A DNA stretch of 64,000 bases from Nemertoderma westbladi (Eukaryota > Animalia > Xenacoelomorpha). The stretch spans positions 13,297 through 77,296 of the forward strand of contig JAUCBJ010004840.1 in assembly GCA_032718475.1 (NCBI GenBank), read 5' to 3'. Below the pieces are notes generated by a model. That model had not been told where the DNA came from, searched no databases, and saw only the letters and a list, made by a program, of their open reading frames with translations. A program made the translations under genes and the position numbers. Shown piece after piece: positions 49,520 through 62,284 of this stretch. Positions within the stretch are counted from its first letter, which is position 1; every line of letters starts with the position of its first letter.

Positions 49520-50378
49520 CACCATGACCCGTAATATAGTGTCATTTTCCGATGACACGGACCCCCCCCCCCCCAAATTTTTCTACAAATCTTTATCATA
49601 TTGTTTGAAATTTGAAACACCACTATTTCAACTCGCCGTGGTTGTTACCATGAAGCCGGAATTTCCGATTTCGCCTTTAAATTTTATTTATAAGCGTTTT
49701 AAAAAAGTGTCTTTTGCGAAATCGCACCCTCTGTATCATTGCCATTCTTCACTTTAGTCGTAATTTTTTCACATCAATAGAAAGCTTGCGTTGCAAGGAT
49801 TCCAAATATGTAACAATATCTGAATTTCATTGAGAAACAGCTGAGAAATAGGCGTTCAAATATTGCCAGAATTATTGTTCGCTGCAAGCCATTTATTCTA
49901 TTTTATTATTTATTCTACAGCGGTATGCCTATACAATATCTATATTGCGTAGCTAATCATACATAAACAAATTGTTCCAGAATATTGTGTATTTATTAAA
50001 TAGAATAAATGGCTTGCAGCGAACAACAATTCTTGTAATCTTTGAACGCCTATTTCTCAGCTGTTTCTCAATGAAATTCAGATATTGTTACATATTTGGA
50101 ATCCTTGCAAGGCAAGCTTTCTATTGATGTGAAAAAATTACGACTAAAGTGAAGAATGGCAATGATACAGAGGGTGCGATTTCGCAAAAGACACTTTTTT
50201 AAAACGCTTATAAATAAAATTTAAAGGCGAAATAGAAAATTCCGGCTTCATGGTAACCACGGTGAGTTGAACTAGTTGTGTTTCAAATTTCAAACAATAT
50301 GATAAAGATTTGTAGAAAAATCTGGGGGGGGGGGGGTCCCTGTCATCAGAAAATGACACTATATTACGGGTCATGGTG
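49520..50378. mobile_element. 859-bp near-palindromic MITE with TA TSD (Tc1/mariner-type signature), inserted in the Rex1 tail
   Basis: TA|CACCATGACCCGTAATATAGTGTCATTTTC...GAAAATGACACTATATTACGGGTCATGGTG|TA, with ~380-bp inverted arms. The mirror ORFs 49455+ and 50386- are artefacts of the palindrome. Confidence 0.93.
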
Positions 50379-50399
50379 TAATACAATATATATAATATA

Positions 50400-51575
50400 C
50401 TATAGAGACAGGGGACTTCACACCTGCCGAACTCCGAAGGAGCATTAAAAGCATGTCCAATAATAAAGCGAGTGGATTAGATGAAATCCCAGCGGAGGTA
50501 TGGGAAACAGTTTGTGGGCTTCAAGAAGGCATTCGACTCCATCCATAGAGGCAAAATGCTTGAATTCCTAAGAGCTTATGGAATACCAGAAGTAATTGTT
50601 GCTGGCATTGGATTGTTATATTGTGACACAGAAGCACAGGTACTCTCACCAGATGGTTAAACTGAGTTTTTCTCAACCCTGGCTGGCGTACTGCAAGGTG
50701 ACAACATTAGCACCATTACTATTTGTAATTGTACTGGATTACGCAATGAGGACGGCCACAATGGGTGAAGATCTGTGATTCACACTCCAAGAACGCAGAA
50801 GTAGTAGATATCCGGCAACTACAGTCACAGACACCGACTTTGCGGATGACATCGCCCTGCTCTCTAATACGCTAGCAGATGCACAGCTTCTACTAAATAA
50901 AGTGGAGAGGGCTGCTAAGGATGTTGGATTGCATATAAATGCTACCAAGACCGAATTTATGACTTTTAATAGTGATGGAAACTTGACAACCATTGATAAT
51001 AATCAACTAAGGAAGGTCGACGACTTCCAGTACCTAGGATCATGGATAGAGAGTAGCAAAAAGGACATAGAAGTTAGGTAAGCAAAGGCTTGGGTAGCTC
51101 TATCAAAAATGGATACCATCTGGAAATCAGATCTCTCCGGGCACCTGAAGACTAAGTTCTTTCGAGCCACAGTGGACTGGACACAGACTAAATCACTTGA
51201 ACAACGAATTGATGGTTGCTACACAAGACTACTAAGGGCAGCCCTAAATATCAGCTGGAGACAACACATGACAAACCCGAGCTTTATGGTACAATACCAC
51301 CTGTATCAACTACCCTCAGTGAACGCAGAATAAGATTCAGTGGGCACTGCTGGCGAAGTAAAGACGAGGTCATACCAGATCTACTTTTCTGGCAACCAAC
51401 TCATGGAAAGCGTAGTTGTGGACGACCGGCCATAACATATATAGATCAACTTGAAAGGGATACTGAACTTGGGAGAAACGAAATTGCGACAACTATGGAG
51501 AATCGGGAAGCCTGGAAGGATCTCCTTTCCACTGTCCGAGTTCGCTCGACCTAGTAGTAGTAGTAATAATACAAC
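50400..51575 (+). mobile_element. RTE-clade LINE, 3' part (RT with internal deletion, C-terminus, (TAG/TAA)n tail)
   Basis: Resumes IETGDFTPAEL...NNKASGLDEIPAEVW, then jumps to FKKAFDSIHR, GVLQGDxLAP, DFADDIALL and RIRFSGHCWR; ends VRVRST* followed by TAGTAGTAGTAATAA. Confidence 0.9.
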
Positions 51576-52245
51576 AATTAATAATAATAACAACAATGCA
51601 GATAGACGGCTTTGAATTAAAAATAATTTGAAATTTCCATTAAATAACGTAAAACTTTCATGTCAAAACTAAGCATTTCCAACCTAGCTTCACAAAAGCT
51701 GCTACTGTAAAAATTCACATAAGTAATATCAATATTAACTTGTGCAATAAATTGGCCGATAGTACCTCTTGATTATAGCCAATTATCACCCATTGACCTG
51801 AATTGGATATATAAAAGCCAGGACTCCATAGTGTTTTTTGAGTTTTTCTCAAAATGACAAAACTTGTTGTTACACGGCACGGTTTTGGGATGAGGGGGCC
51901 GCATATAATGGGCTTTTGGGGAACTCTATTATGAATCCTTAAACAGTTCCCTAAAGGCACTTTGGCATTCTGACGTTTAATTATAAATCATTATTCGTGA
52001 TGATATTCTATGTGTAAGTGTGTATAGCATAGTAATAGATTATAGTATTATACCATGATATGCTGCCACTGTGCTCAACCCTACAGTACTTGGCCGTCTT
52101 TAACCGCTCGCTACAATGAAAGGGTAGTGTATATTAACCATGAACCATCACGGTATATAATGGTATTGAAAGATGGGAAGCCATCAGGAGGTAAATTGCG
52201 GACATACAAGGTATCCGATAGTATTTCCAGGTCTATCTTTTACCT

Positions 52246-52316
52246 GAGTCGCTAGCTGAACGGTTAGAGCGTCAGACTTCCAACCAGGAGGTCTCCAGTT
52301 CGATCCCACCTAGACG
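52246..52316 (+). mobile_element. tRNA-derived SINE head or tRNA pseudogene
   Basis: A-box TAGCTGAACGGTTAGAGC and B-box GTTCGATCCC at tRNA spacing, but the acceptor and anticodon stems pair poorly. Confidence 0.6.
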
Positions 52317-52959
52317 TCATTGCCGACTTTCTGAAAGCTGTGCCCAACAAAAAGTTATAATAATATGAAACCACTCATCCACCAATAACACCAATATTAA
52401 ATTAGTGTCTTTTGGGAACTATTCGTGTGACTTCACACATAAACAAACTGCCCCAAATCATTCAGTCAGCCACATAGGTCTACATACATAAATACACACA
52501 CACTGACACATACATACATACATAGAACATCACAGCCTCTTCCTCCAGTCCAGGTCTGCTGCACTGAAGAGTTGCACTTTAATTTATGAGTCATTCGTTT
52601 GGTAAAATGTCAAGATCATGGACAGTTTATTGAAAACAGACATATTGCTTTTTGTGGATGCGGACTTCTTCTGTCGAATTTATTATCCTTGACCCCGGAT
52701 ATCAAAAGTCGCTATCTACAGAGCCAGCCAGGACGAAATAGGGTTACCATGATAACACTAAGCGTAAAGGATGGAGCTCTCTTTTGTATATTATTTAAAT
52801 ATTGCAGGATATTTATTTTATTTATATGTTTTGAATTTGTAAATAATGAATGACAATTAAATTACACTATATTACGGGTTGTGGTATTTATATGTAGGTA
52901 TATATCAATGATTATAAATTCCTACAATTCGCAATTAAAAATAGGCTACCAATTAAAGT

Positions 52960-53380
52960 ACCAAAATTGATGAAGATTTCACCAAAAAAAATTATGTTAC
53001 ACCCAATTAAATAATGTAACCCCAAAATAATTATTCAATACCAAATTCAATAAAGTCACCCCAAATAAAATTATTCAAACACCAATATAAATTTTTCAAC
53101 ATCAATAACAATTATTCAACACCAAAAACAATTATTTAATACCAAAATAAATAAATGCTCCCCAAAACCAATTATTCGCACCAAAATAAATGACAAAACC
53201 CCCAAAATAAATACATTTTCCCCGAAAATAAATTCATTTTCCCACAAAATAAATACAATTTCGCCCAAAATAAATACGTTTACCCCCAAAATAAATACAT
53301 TTTCGCCCCAAATAAATACATTTTCCCCCAAAACAAATACATTTTCCCCCAAAACAAATACATTTTCCTCCAAAATAAAT
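52960..53380. repeat. Degenerate ~21-bp C/A-rich array, inverted relative to the G/T-rich array that follows
   Basis: CCCCAAAATAAATACATTTTC and AATTATTCAACACCAAAAAC units. Confidence 0.8.
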
Positions 53381-53469
53381 ACTACTGCAGCAATAGGCCT
53401 GTATAAATGAATATTTTACAAAAAAAAAATTTCCATAAAATATTTGGTGCTGGAATGATTTTTTTTGGT

Positions 53470-54096
53470 TAACAAATAATAGTTTTTGGGGAACGAATAA
53501 TTGTTTTTGGGGAACGAATAATTGTTTTTGGGGGATGAATAATTGTTTTGGGGAATCAATAATTGTTTTGGGGGGATTAATAATTGATTTTGGGGGATGA
53601 ATAATTGATTTTGGGGAATCAATAATTGTTTTTGGGGAACGAATAATTCTTTTTGGGGATGAATAATTGTTTTTGGGGAATCAATAATTATTTTTGGGGG
53701 ATGAATAATTGTTTTTGGGGGATGAATAATTGTTTTGGGGGATGAATAATGTTTTTGGGGGATGAATAATTGTTTTTGGGGAATGAATAATTGATTTTGG
53801 GGGATGAATAATTGATTTTGGGGAATCAATAATTGTTTTTGGGGGATGAATAATTGTTTTTTGGGGATGAATAATGTTTTTGGGGGATGAATAATTGTTT
53901 TTGGGGAATGAATAATTGATTTTGGGGGATGAATAATTGATTTTGGGGAATAAATAATTGTTTTGGGGGGTAGAATAATTGTTTTTGGGGGAATGAATAA
54001 TTGATTTTGGGGGATGAATAATTGTTTTTGGGGAATGAGGGGGATGAATAATTGATTTTGGGGAATCAATAATTGTTTTGGGGGGATGAATAATTG
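53470..54096. repeat. 21-22-bp G/T-rich array, left block
   Basis: (TTTTTGGGGGATGAATAATTG)n. Confidence 0.95.
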
Positions 54097-54134
54097 TAAT
54101 ACGAAATGGATAATTAACAAGTTAATGGATAGCC

Positions 54135-54860
54135 TAGTTAGGAGCCCGCTTGACAGCGGGATACTTACTGTAAGAATCTCAGGGATACTTTCTGTAAAAA
54201 ATCTCAGGATACATTACACTGACTGACATACTGACTGACTGACATTTATCTAGGTTAAGGCACTTCCTGCCTGGCGATTTTGATGAAATTTTGCAAGTAC
54301 ATTGCTTTGGTGGTTCATAATCGCGTTACAAAATTTCAGATCGATTCTATGTGTGGTATTCGATATATTTAGTTTTTTGACATTGTTTTGTCGCGAAATT
54401 AAAAGCAATGGTAAAATAACAGCTGGTGTTCATGATGAAATATGGCTTAATATGTTATACACAGTCATAGAAAAACGTGTTGGTTGCCAAGTTTTACTAG
54501 TAGGCTATAAGGAAAGGCAATGTTTACTCACACATAAGCTGTTGGTTTCTAATGTATTACCCCATAAGCTGATTGCTCTCCCAGTGCTTCCTAAGGGTAT
54601 ATCTACAATAAGGTTACTCACTCTGCTATGTTAGGGGGTGGATCAGGAGAATGAATTTTAGTTACACAAAGCAGTGTGTTGTGTCCTATTGCAGTCGATA
54701 CTCACTGTGGATTGCAAAATGTTTTATAGTTGACCTACACTATAATACAGTAGTTGCATGTATTTAAGGAGCCCGCTCTGGCCTACCGCCTAAGGAGTAC
54801 CTATATTACATATTCACATAGAATTCACTGGGAAGAGATATTCCGCTTGACGACGGGGTA
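54135..54860. mobile_element. Possible Helentron-associated (DINE-1/HINE-like) non-autonomous element
   Basis: Hairpin CCCGCTTGACAGCGGG, then an (ACTG)n microsatellite and CGATTTTGATGAAATTT. GGAGCCCGCT recurs at 54768 and CCGCTTGAC at 54843. Boundaries are uncertain. Confidence 0.4.
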
Positions 54861-55256
54861 ATACCTATAGAAGGAAACTAAATTTGTTATTTGGCTCTAT
54901 TCGTTGTTATTTATCTGGTTGTGCATCATGGGCATTTTTTATAAATATTCGGTAATCGCATCTTATATCTTGTAAACGTTCTTGATAATGAAATTATTTG
55001 CTTCATATTATATTTTTGTTAGTGGTAGCTAAGTTGCATTTTTATTATGTGGGGCGAGTCACAAAGTCAGCTAGCCTCACGCCTTGCAGTTTAGACAATT
55101 TTAATTTACTTACTGCTGACTGACATAGTTCTTTGTAATAGTCTTGGCTAGGATTTTTCCCCCGGGCTCCTTCCAGCCAGCTTGCTGGCTTTCTAGTATA
55201 TAAACGTGGTAACATAATCTTATTGCCATATACGAGGCTTTTGGTACCGGTATGAC

Positions 55257-58200
55257 TTTTTTTAATATTTTACCGTGTGGATAAATACACTTAACCTACA
55301 GCAGCGCCTTATGGATATGACAAAAAAAACAAAAAAAAAACAAAACCAGAACATCATAGGTTCTTATTAGCTACCGTATTGAATGCTTAAGTAGCGCAGG
55401 TAAGATAAACATAATGACGGAAAATAATTCACCATATAATATAATATAATGCACTTATTATTGGGACTCGGAATCCCACAGAACAGGATAGAAAAACCAG
55501 AAAAAAAGAAAAAAAACAGCACTATTACAAATCGAAACATACTAGCAATAGATTTGATGATTTTATCTTAAAAAGTAATCATTGATTAGCTTCCATTTTT
55601 GCTCAAAAATGTAAATTTTTGATTCCTGAACTGCGATGTAGTTTTCATAAAGGAAATTTTTTCGAACATGATGTAGAAAAACAGATATTTGTAGAGCCGG
55701 AGTATTTTGGAACTTTTCGCAATAAATATAGTATCTTAGTAACTGTAGGAGGCAATTAATGATTGGCGGCACTTTTGTGTGGTACCCAAACAACATTGAA
55801 AGCTTTGTAAGAATTAATGACTGTTTTGTGTTTTTTAACCACCACAATTTAAATTCATCAATTAATTTTTTCACAGTTTCACACTCCCAGAAAAGATGTA
55901 AATAAGTTTCATCGAGTGTTTTACCAAATGAACAAAGGTTGGATGATGAGATGCCTATTTTAAATAGCAAAGTATTTGTGGGTAACCTACGGTGCAGTAA
56001 CTTGAATCGAAAGGGCCACATTTTCACTTCACGTGAATTTGTTTTGGTCATTTGAAAAAATTTGTTCCACAAAATTTTATTTACATCAGTGTGTAACTCT
56101 AAGCACCATTTTTGACTTGCTACTGTGTTTGTTTCACCAATTTGATCTATGAATAATTTGTATGCCGTATTTGTTGATCGTCGACCTTTGTTAATTATGT
56201 TCATAGAGAGTGGCGCAGAAGCTCCAAGTACCTGTTTTTTGAGCGCAGTCCTTAACTGAGTATTAATGGCGTCCATACACTCATGTAGAAAAAATGGTCT
56301 TTTTTGGAAACATTGAATTTTTCTTGTAATTCATTAAAGGAAAGAAATCTGTCTTGTTGGAGGTTTCTGATGTTATGGATAAAAAAATACCTTTATTAAT
56401 CCATTGTTGATGAAAAAGTGGTTTACTATCAATTTTAATATTGGAGTTTAACCATATAGTTTGATAGTTAACGAAATCATCATTGTTAATGCCCCAGAAA
56501 TTACCTTTACACACCTTGATATTTTTTATATCATCTGGAAGTAAATTTACAAACCATTTTAAATTTTTGGCAACACTATCCCCGAGTTGCGTGCAGGCGA
56601 GTGTTTTCCACACCGAATGACTATATTCTATGAGTTTTTGAATCCATTTAACTTTTTGACTTTCTATGAAGGTACTAAGTCGGGGATTTGTGCACCGCCA
56701 ACTTCATATAAGTTAATCATTACTGCTTTTTTAAGTTTTGGCGGTTTTCCAGCCCAGATGAATTTGTCTAATAGGTCTGAGATATTTTTTTTGCATGTTC
56801 ACTGATGGATTTTCAAGACATGCAAATAAATATGTAAATTTTGAGAGCACCAAAGTTTTTGCGATGCATATCCGACCCAATAAAGAGAGTTTATGGAGTG
56901 ACCAAATTTCTACTATTTTTTTTGCCTTTTCCAAGGCGTCAGGAAAATTTAAGCATTCAATGGAGGAAATATTTGTTGAAAGTAGAATCCCGAGGATTTT
57001 AAAGGGCTCTCCGGGAATTAACCACTTGAGCCTTAGCTGTGGACAGATCTTGCTGGTTCTGTTTTTCATGGAGCCAATCCAAGTTACCTCTGTTTTGGAT
57101 TTGTTTAGCTTTAAGCCAGAAATATTTCCGAAAACCCCTAGGATCTCCATTAGAGCCATAAGCGACTCGGCAGATGCTTGTAGAAAAAAATTGGTATCAT
57201 CCACATACTGTGAAATTATATTATTGCTGTTCCCCATTTGCAGTCCTTTAATTTCATGTGTATTCCTAACTACCCCATCAAGTATTTCAACAGCTAATAC
57301 AAACAAATATGCCGATAACGGACATCCTTGACGAACACCTCTTGAAGCAACAAAAGATTTTGATAAATAACCGTTATTTTGATCACTAACTTAAAATTGT
57401 TGTTATATAAAATGCCAAACCAAGTGAGAAAAGAGTCTGGAAAATTGAAATGTTTCATTCAATGCCTGTTCCAAGAAATCCCATTCTACAGAATCAAATG
57501 CTTTTTGAAAATCGGCCATCACAAGGAGGCCGGATTGTTCACTACTATCAAGATGATCCATTGTGTCGATTATGCGTCTTATATTTTCGCCAATGCAACG
57601 GCCTTTTACAGAACCCGTTTGGTCTGAATTTATTATCGCTACCAAGACGGTTTTCATTCGAGATGCTAGGGCTTTGCTCAAGATTTTATAGTCGGTATTT
57701 AGTAGAGTGATCGGTCTACGATTTTCTATTAGAGATTGTATTTTGTCCTTTTTTTGGAAAAGGGACATGATACCTTGACGCTGTGATACTGATAAAGATT
57801 GTTCTTCAAAAGAGAAAAGGAAACTTTCATATACATATTTTTTTATGTCTGTCCAAAAAAATTTATAAAATTCTGTAGGGAACCCGTCACCACCGGGACT
57901 TTTCCCATTTGACATTTCCTTTAAGGCAGTCAAACATTCGAGCTCTGATATATTTTTGTCTAGAATATTTTTGGACGTTTCATCAAGTTTTGGTAAGTTG
58001 GCACATTTTGTGATAAATGCTGACGATTGTTCATCTCTGAGGATCGGACAATGATTTATTTTTTTTAGACTGGTATAAATCACTATAAAATTGTACTGCT
58101 TCATTGAGAATTTCCTTGTCAGATGTTACACTTTCACCCCTTTTCGTTTTAAGTCTATGAATAGTATTATTTTTTGATTTACTTTTTTCTAAATTGAGAA

Positions 58201-58620
58201 AAAATTTCGTTGGTTTTTCTCCAGCATTATAATTTTGTAATTTTGCCCGAAACATTGAGGCTTGGGTCTCGTTTTCTTCTAATTTAATAAGGTTATTTTG
58301 AGCATTTTGATATGATTGCATTTCGCTGTTTGAAAGAAATTTTTCTCTTCTGTGAAAACTTTCGAAACAGTTTAACATTTCGTTTTTTATTTGTTTAATC
58401 AGAACACTAGAATCAATATTAAAGTTATAAATATTTACAAGGGTCAGAATTGTACTATTTATATCGACATCTAGAATAATGAATCTTCCTGAAGGGTCAA
58501 CGATTTTTTTAATTATTTTATATTGTAAATTTTGATAAAAACGATCGCTACCCCGACACTCTGTGAACTTTTTTTGGTAAAAACGGTATGGCCCTTCCAC
58601 TGCTTCGTGGTACATTTTCT
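55257..58620 (-). mobile_element. Degenerate, 5'-truncated L1/Tx1-clade LINE
   Basis: DPSGRFIIL..LVNIY (endonuclease), GEKPTKFFLNLEK, KSPGGDGFPTEFYK, DFQKAFDSVEW, QYVDD, and zf-RVT-like CSFGKTLDETYLHLFWEC. T-rich 3' UTR and a possible ATTAAAAAAA end near 55257. Many frameshifts and an internal deletion. Confidence 0.9.
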
Positions 58621-60260
58621 TATGAATAATTGTTTTTGGGGAATCAATAATTTTTTTGGGGGATGAATAATTGTTTTTGGGGGATGAATAATTGATTTTG
58701 GGGAATCAATAATTGTTTTGGGGGGTAGAATAATTGTTTTTGGGGATGAATAATTGTTTTTGGGGAATCAATAATTTTTTTTGGGGATGAATAATTGTTT
58801 TTGGGGGATGAATAATTGATTTTGGGGAATCAATAATTGTTTTGGGGGGTAGAATAATTGTTTTTGGGGGATGAATAATTGTTTTTGGGGGATGAATAAT
58901 TGTTTTTGGGGGATGAATAATTGATTTTGGGGAATCAATAATTGTTTTGGGGGGTAGAATAATTGTTTTTGGGGATGAATAATTATTTTTGGGGAATCAA
59001 TAATTTTTTTGGGGGATGAATAATTGTTTTTGGGGGATGAATAATTGATTTTGGGGAATCAATAATTGTTTTGGGGGGTAGAATAATTGTTTTTGGGGAT
59101 GAATAATTGTTTTTGGGGAATCAATAATTTTTTTTGGGGATGAATAATTGTTTTTGGGGGATGAATAATTGATTTTGGGGAATCAATAATTGTTTTGGGT
59201 GGTAGAATAATTGTTTTTGGGGGATGAATAATTGTTTTTGGGGGATGAATAATTGTTTTTGGGGAATCAATAATTGTTTTGGGGGGTAGAATAATTGTTT
59301 TTGGGGGATGAATAATTGTTTTTGGGGAATCAATAATTGTTTTTGGGGATGAATAATTGTTTTTGGGAGATGAATAATTGATTTTGGGGAATCAATAATT
59401 GTTTTGGGGGGTAGAATAATTGTTTTTGGGGGATGAATAATTGATTTTGGGGGATGAATAATTGTTTTGGGGGGTAGAATAATTGTTTTTGGGGGATGAA
59501 TAATTGTTTTTGGGGGAATGAATAATTGTTTTGGGGGATAGAATAATTGTTTTTGGGGGATCAATAATTGTTTTTGGGGGATGAATAATTGTTTTTGGGG
59601 AATCAATAATTGTTTTTGGGGGATGAATAATTGTTTTTGGGGGATGAATAATTGTTTTTGGGGGAATGAATAATTGTTTTTGGGGGATGAATAATTGATT
59701 GTGGGGAATCAATAATTGTTTTGGGGGGTATGAATAATTGTTTTTGGGGGATGAATAATTGTTTTTGGGGGATGAATAATTGATTTTGGGGAATCAATAA
59801 TTGTTTTGGGGGGTAGAATAATTGTTTTTGGGGATGAATAATTCTTTTTGGGGGAATGAATAATTGTTTTTGGGGGATGAATAATTGTTTTTGGGGGATA
59901 GAATAATTGATTTTGGGGAATCAATAATTGTTTTGGGGGGTAGAATAATTGTTTTTGGGGATGAATTATTGTTTTTGGGGAATCAATAATTGTTTTTGGG
60001 GGTATGAATAATTGTTTTTGGGGATGAATAATTGTTTTTGGGGAATCAATATTTGTTTTTTGGGGATGAATAATTGTTTTTGGGGGATGAATAATTGTTT
60101 TTGGGGGAATGAATAATTGATTTTTGGGGGATGAATAATTGTTTTTGGGGGATGAGTAATTGTTTTTGGGGGATGAATAATTGTTTTTTTTTGGGGGGGG
60201 AGGGGGGATATTTGTTTTTGGGGATGAATATTTTTTTGGTGAGAGATATTCAAATTGGGG
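58621..60260. repeat. 21-22-bp G/T-rich array, right block
   Basis: Same unit as 53470-54096; degenerates toward 60340. Confidence 0.95.
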
Positions 60261-62261
60261 ATGTAAATGGTGCTACAAAAAAGTATATTTGGTGATAAAT
60301 AATTTATTTTGGTGTTAAATCATCTAATTTGGGGTGGCATTCAATTAGTGGCGTTAAAAAAAACTAACCCAGTAACGATGTTTCAAGGATCGCCTCTCTT
60401 CACTCAGATGTGATGTGTTGCGTCTTAGACCACTGCCTGCGCGTTTAACGGCTGAAGAATGTATTCGCTATGGTGTAATTGTTGGACTATTGTTTTTTTT
60501 ATCACTCAAAGGAAAGAACACGGTTATTCCAGTGGTGATGTCAACCATGCCTCAAATAATAATTCCGTGTTTTACAGTAGAAATTGAAAAAAGACCAACA
60601 TTTGATAGCAAATGATGAACAATTTATTATTGATTCTTAATCCGTCCAGGTAGTTTAGTTCAGTGACCTTAAGAGACATTTAACAACGGAACTATGTAGC
60701 GGAACTATGAAACCAAAGTAAAAAATACCAAAGTAGAAAACGAGGGACGAGGTCCCCTTTAAAAATTTAGAGTTTGAAATATTTCTTTTGAAATGATTAA
60801 CATTGGACCGCGCTAATGAAATGTTTTAGAATTATGTGTAAGTTCGACACTCTGTTAATTCATATTACATAATTTGAGTAATTCTACATTAAATATCATA
60901 ATTTTTTTAATTTAATTAATAAATTCTATATTATTTGTATAAATGTTATATGCTTTATTCGTATGTTTGTTAAACGTAACAAAAATATACATATTATTTA
61001 TTATCTTCCGTGTTTCAATAATTCGATTGAAACATATATTGGTAATTGATATTGCGGGTTGCGAATTATCTGTCATCGCCTCGTAACACCACGCGCTGCC
61101 ATCACTTTAATCTATTCATATAGATATACTAATAATTAATAGATAGATGGATATTCTAAGAAAATACAATCAAAGTAATTAAAACCAACAAGCTATGTCT
61201 TAATGTAGTTAAACAGGATAGCAAGATAATTGTAATCGAATCACGTTCCACAAACTCAAACGTTAATTTGACCGTACCATTGTGTGATATAATAAACAAA
61301 TATTAACAATGTTCGGAATTTCTGAAATGTTCGATTAGTATTATTTTGTTACATTGTATTGGTACAGTTTATACAAAAGAATGTGAGTTTCTACCGAGTA
61401 TTTTTGACCGTTATACCATATGGTATGTATATATATATGTGTGTATGTAGTAACGAACACCAATCAACCACTACCGGTATATTATAATTCTCAAATTTGT
61501 TGGCCTACTTTATTATTTTTGTTGTAATTATTAAATTAATACATTACTTTGGTGACTTGAAACATTACTTTTTTTTGTTGACAAAATAAGCAAATATTGA
61601 TCAGTAGATAGTATCATCTTGTTTCTTGCGTTATACGGGTTTATGAGGGTCCTGAATCCGATGGAATCAATAAAAACAGCACTGGACATCGCAAGCTTGT
61701 ACTTTTTGGTGCAGGGTACGAAATTTGGTGCTAGCACCACAATTTGCCAAATTACGCCGAAAAATACAAGTAGCAATGATCTGGCATATTAGAAATATAT
61801 TCCATTAGAATCAGCGCCCCTGAAAACCTAAAAATGTGAATTTATAGCATCGTATAAGTGAATTAAACATTTTGTGTTCTAACTGAAAAGTGCTGGTTAC
61901 TTGTTTTTTTTCATTTTTTTCCTACGCAGAGAGGACTAAACAGCCATTTATAGTAATCATATCATTTTTAAATATTTTCCCATGTATTTTGCGCCTCAGA
62001 AAACCTGCATTGAAAAACAATATGCCGAAAAATGTAACTTTCAAATTTTGTGAAAATTGTGCACTTACTTGTAATTTTGGTGCTGCAATATAACCACCCC
62101 AGTACATTCTTTCGAAAATGTTTTTTTTTCGGTCGGATCCAGACTAGTGATACCTACGTACAAACAAAAAATTAGACGTTTTTGTAAAAATTTGTAGATT
62201 TTGGGGGGGGGGGGGGGGGAGGTTCAATATGACCCCCCTCCGGTATTTGTACAACATTTTA

Positions 62262-62284
62262 TAGCCCGGTACTAATAGGGTTAA
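62262..62284. mobile_element. Possible piggyBac-type right terminus
   Basis: ...CCCGGTACTAATAGGG|TTAA matches the GGG-TTAA piggyBac end signature; no matching left end was found. Confidence 0.4.

Larger units (their letters stand above)
45467..50399 (+). mobile_element. Rex1/Babar-clade LINE nested in the RTE (60-bp 5' array, APE, RT, 3' UTR; tail split by a MITE)
   Basis: Rex1-type motifs LPFILNNNVNGL, DRD..GGGLVTYVSKLWC, CRPRYLP, FQFAYKKDYSTADA, LFIDYSSAFNTV, YSDD and HPLH...RTKLFQNSFAPMAIRYL. About 4 frameshifts between 46940 and 47620. CTA is repeated at 45464-45466 and 50400-50402. Confidence 0.88.

Noticed and set aside
52246-52316. Functional tRNA-Gly(TCC) gene
   Set aside because: A and B boxes are present but the cloverleaf stems do not pair; kept only as a SINE head or pseudogene.
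52540-52780. Possible minus-strand RTE relic
   Set aside because: Only faint similarity (FNKLSMI, KVQLFSAA), with stops; too weak to call.
40911-52886. Large DNA transposon bounded by degenerate copies of the MITE TIR at ~40913 and ~52864
   Set aside because: The 52864 word matches the TIR, but the 40913 match is weak and no TSD can be shown.
53470-60260. Telomeric T4G4 repeats
   Set aside because: TTTTGGGG is only part of a 21-22-bp unit at an internal position, not a contiguous telomeric tract.
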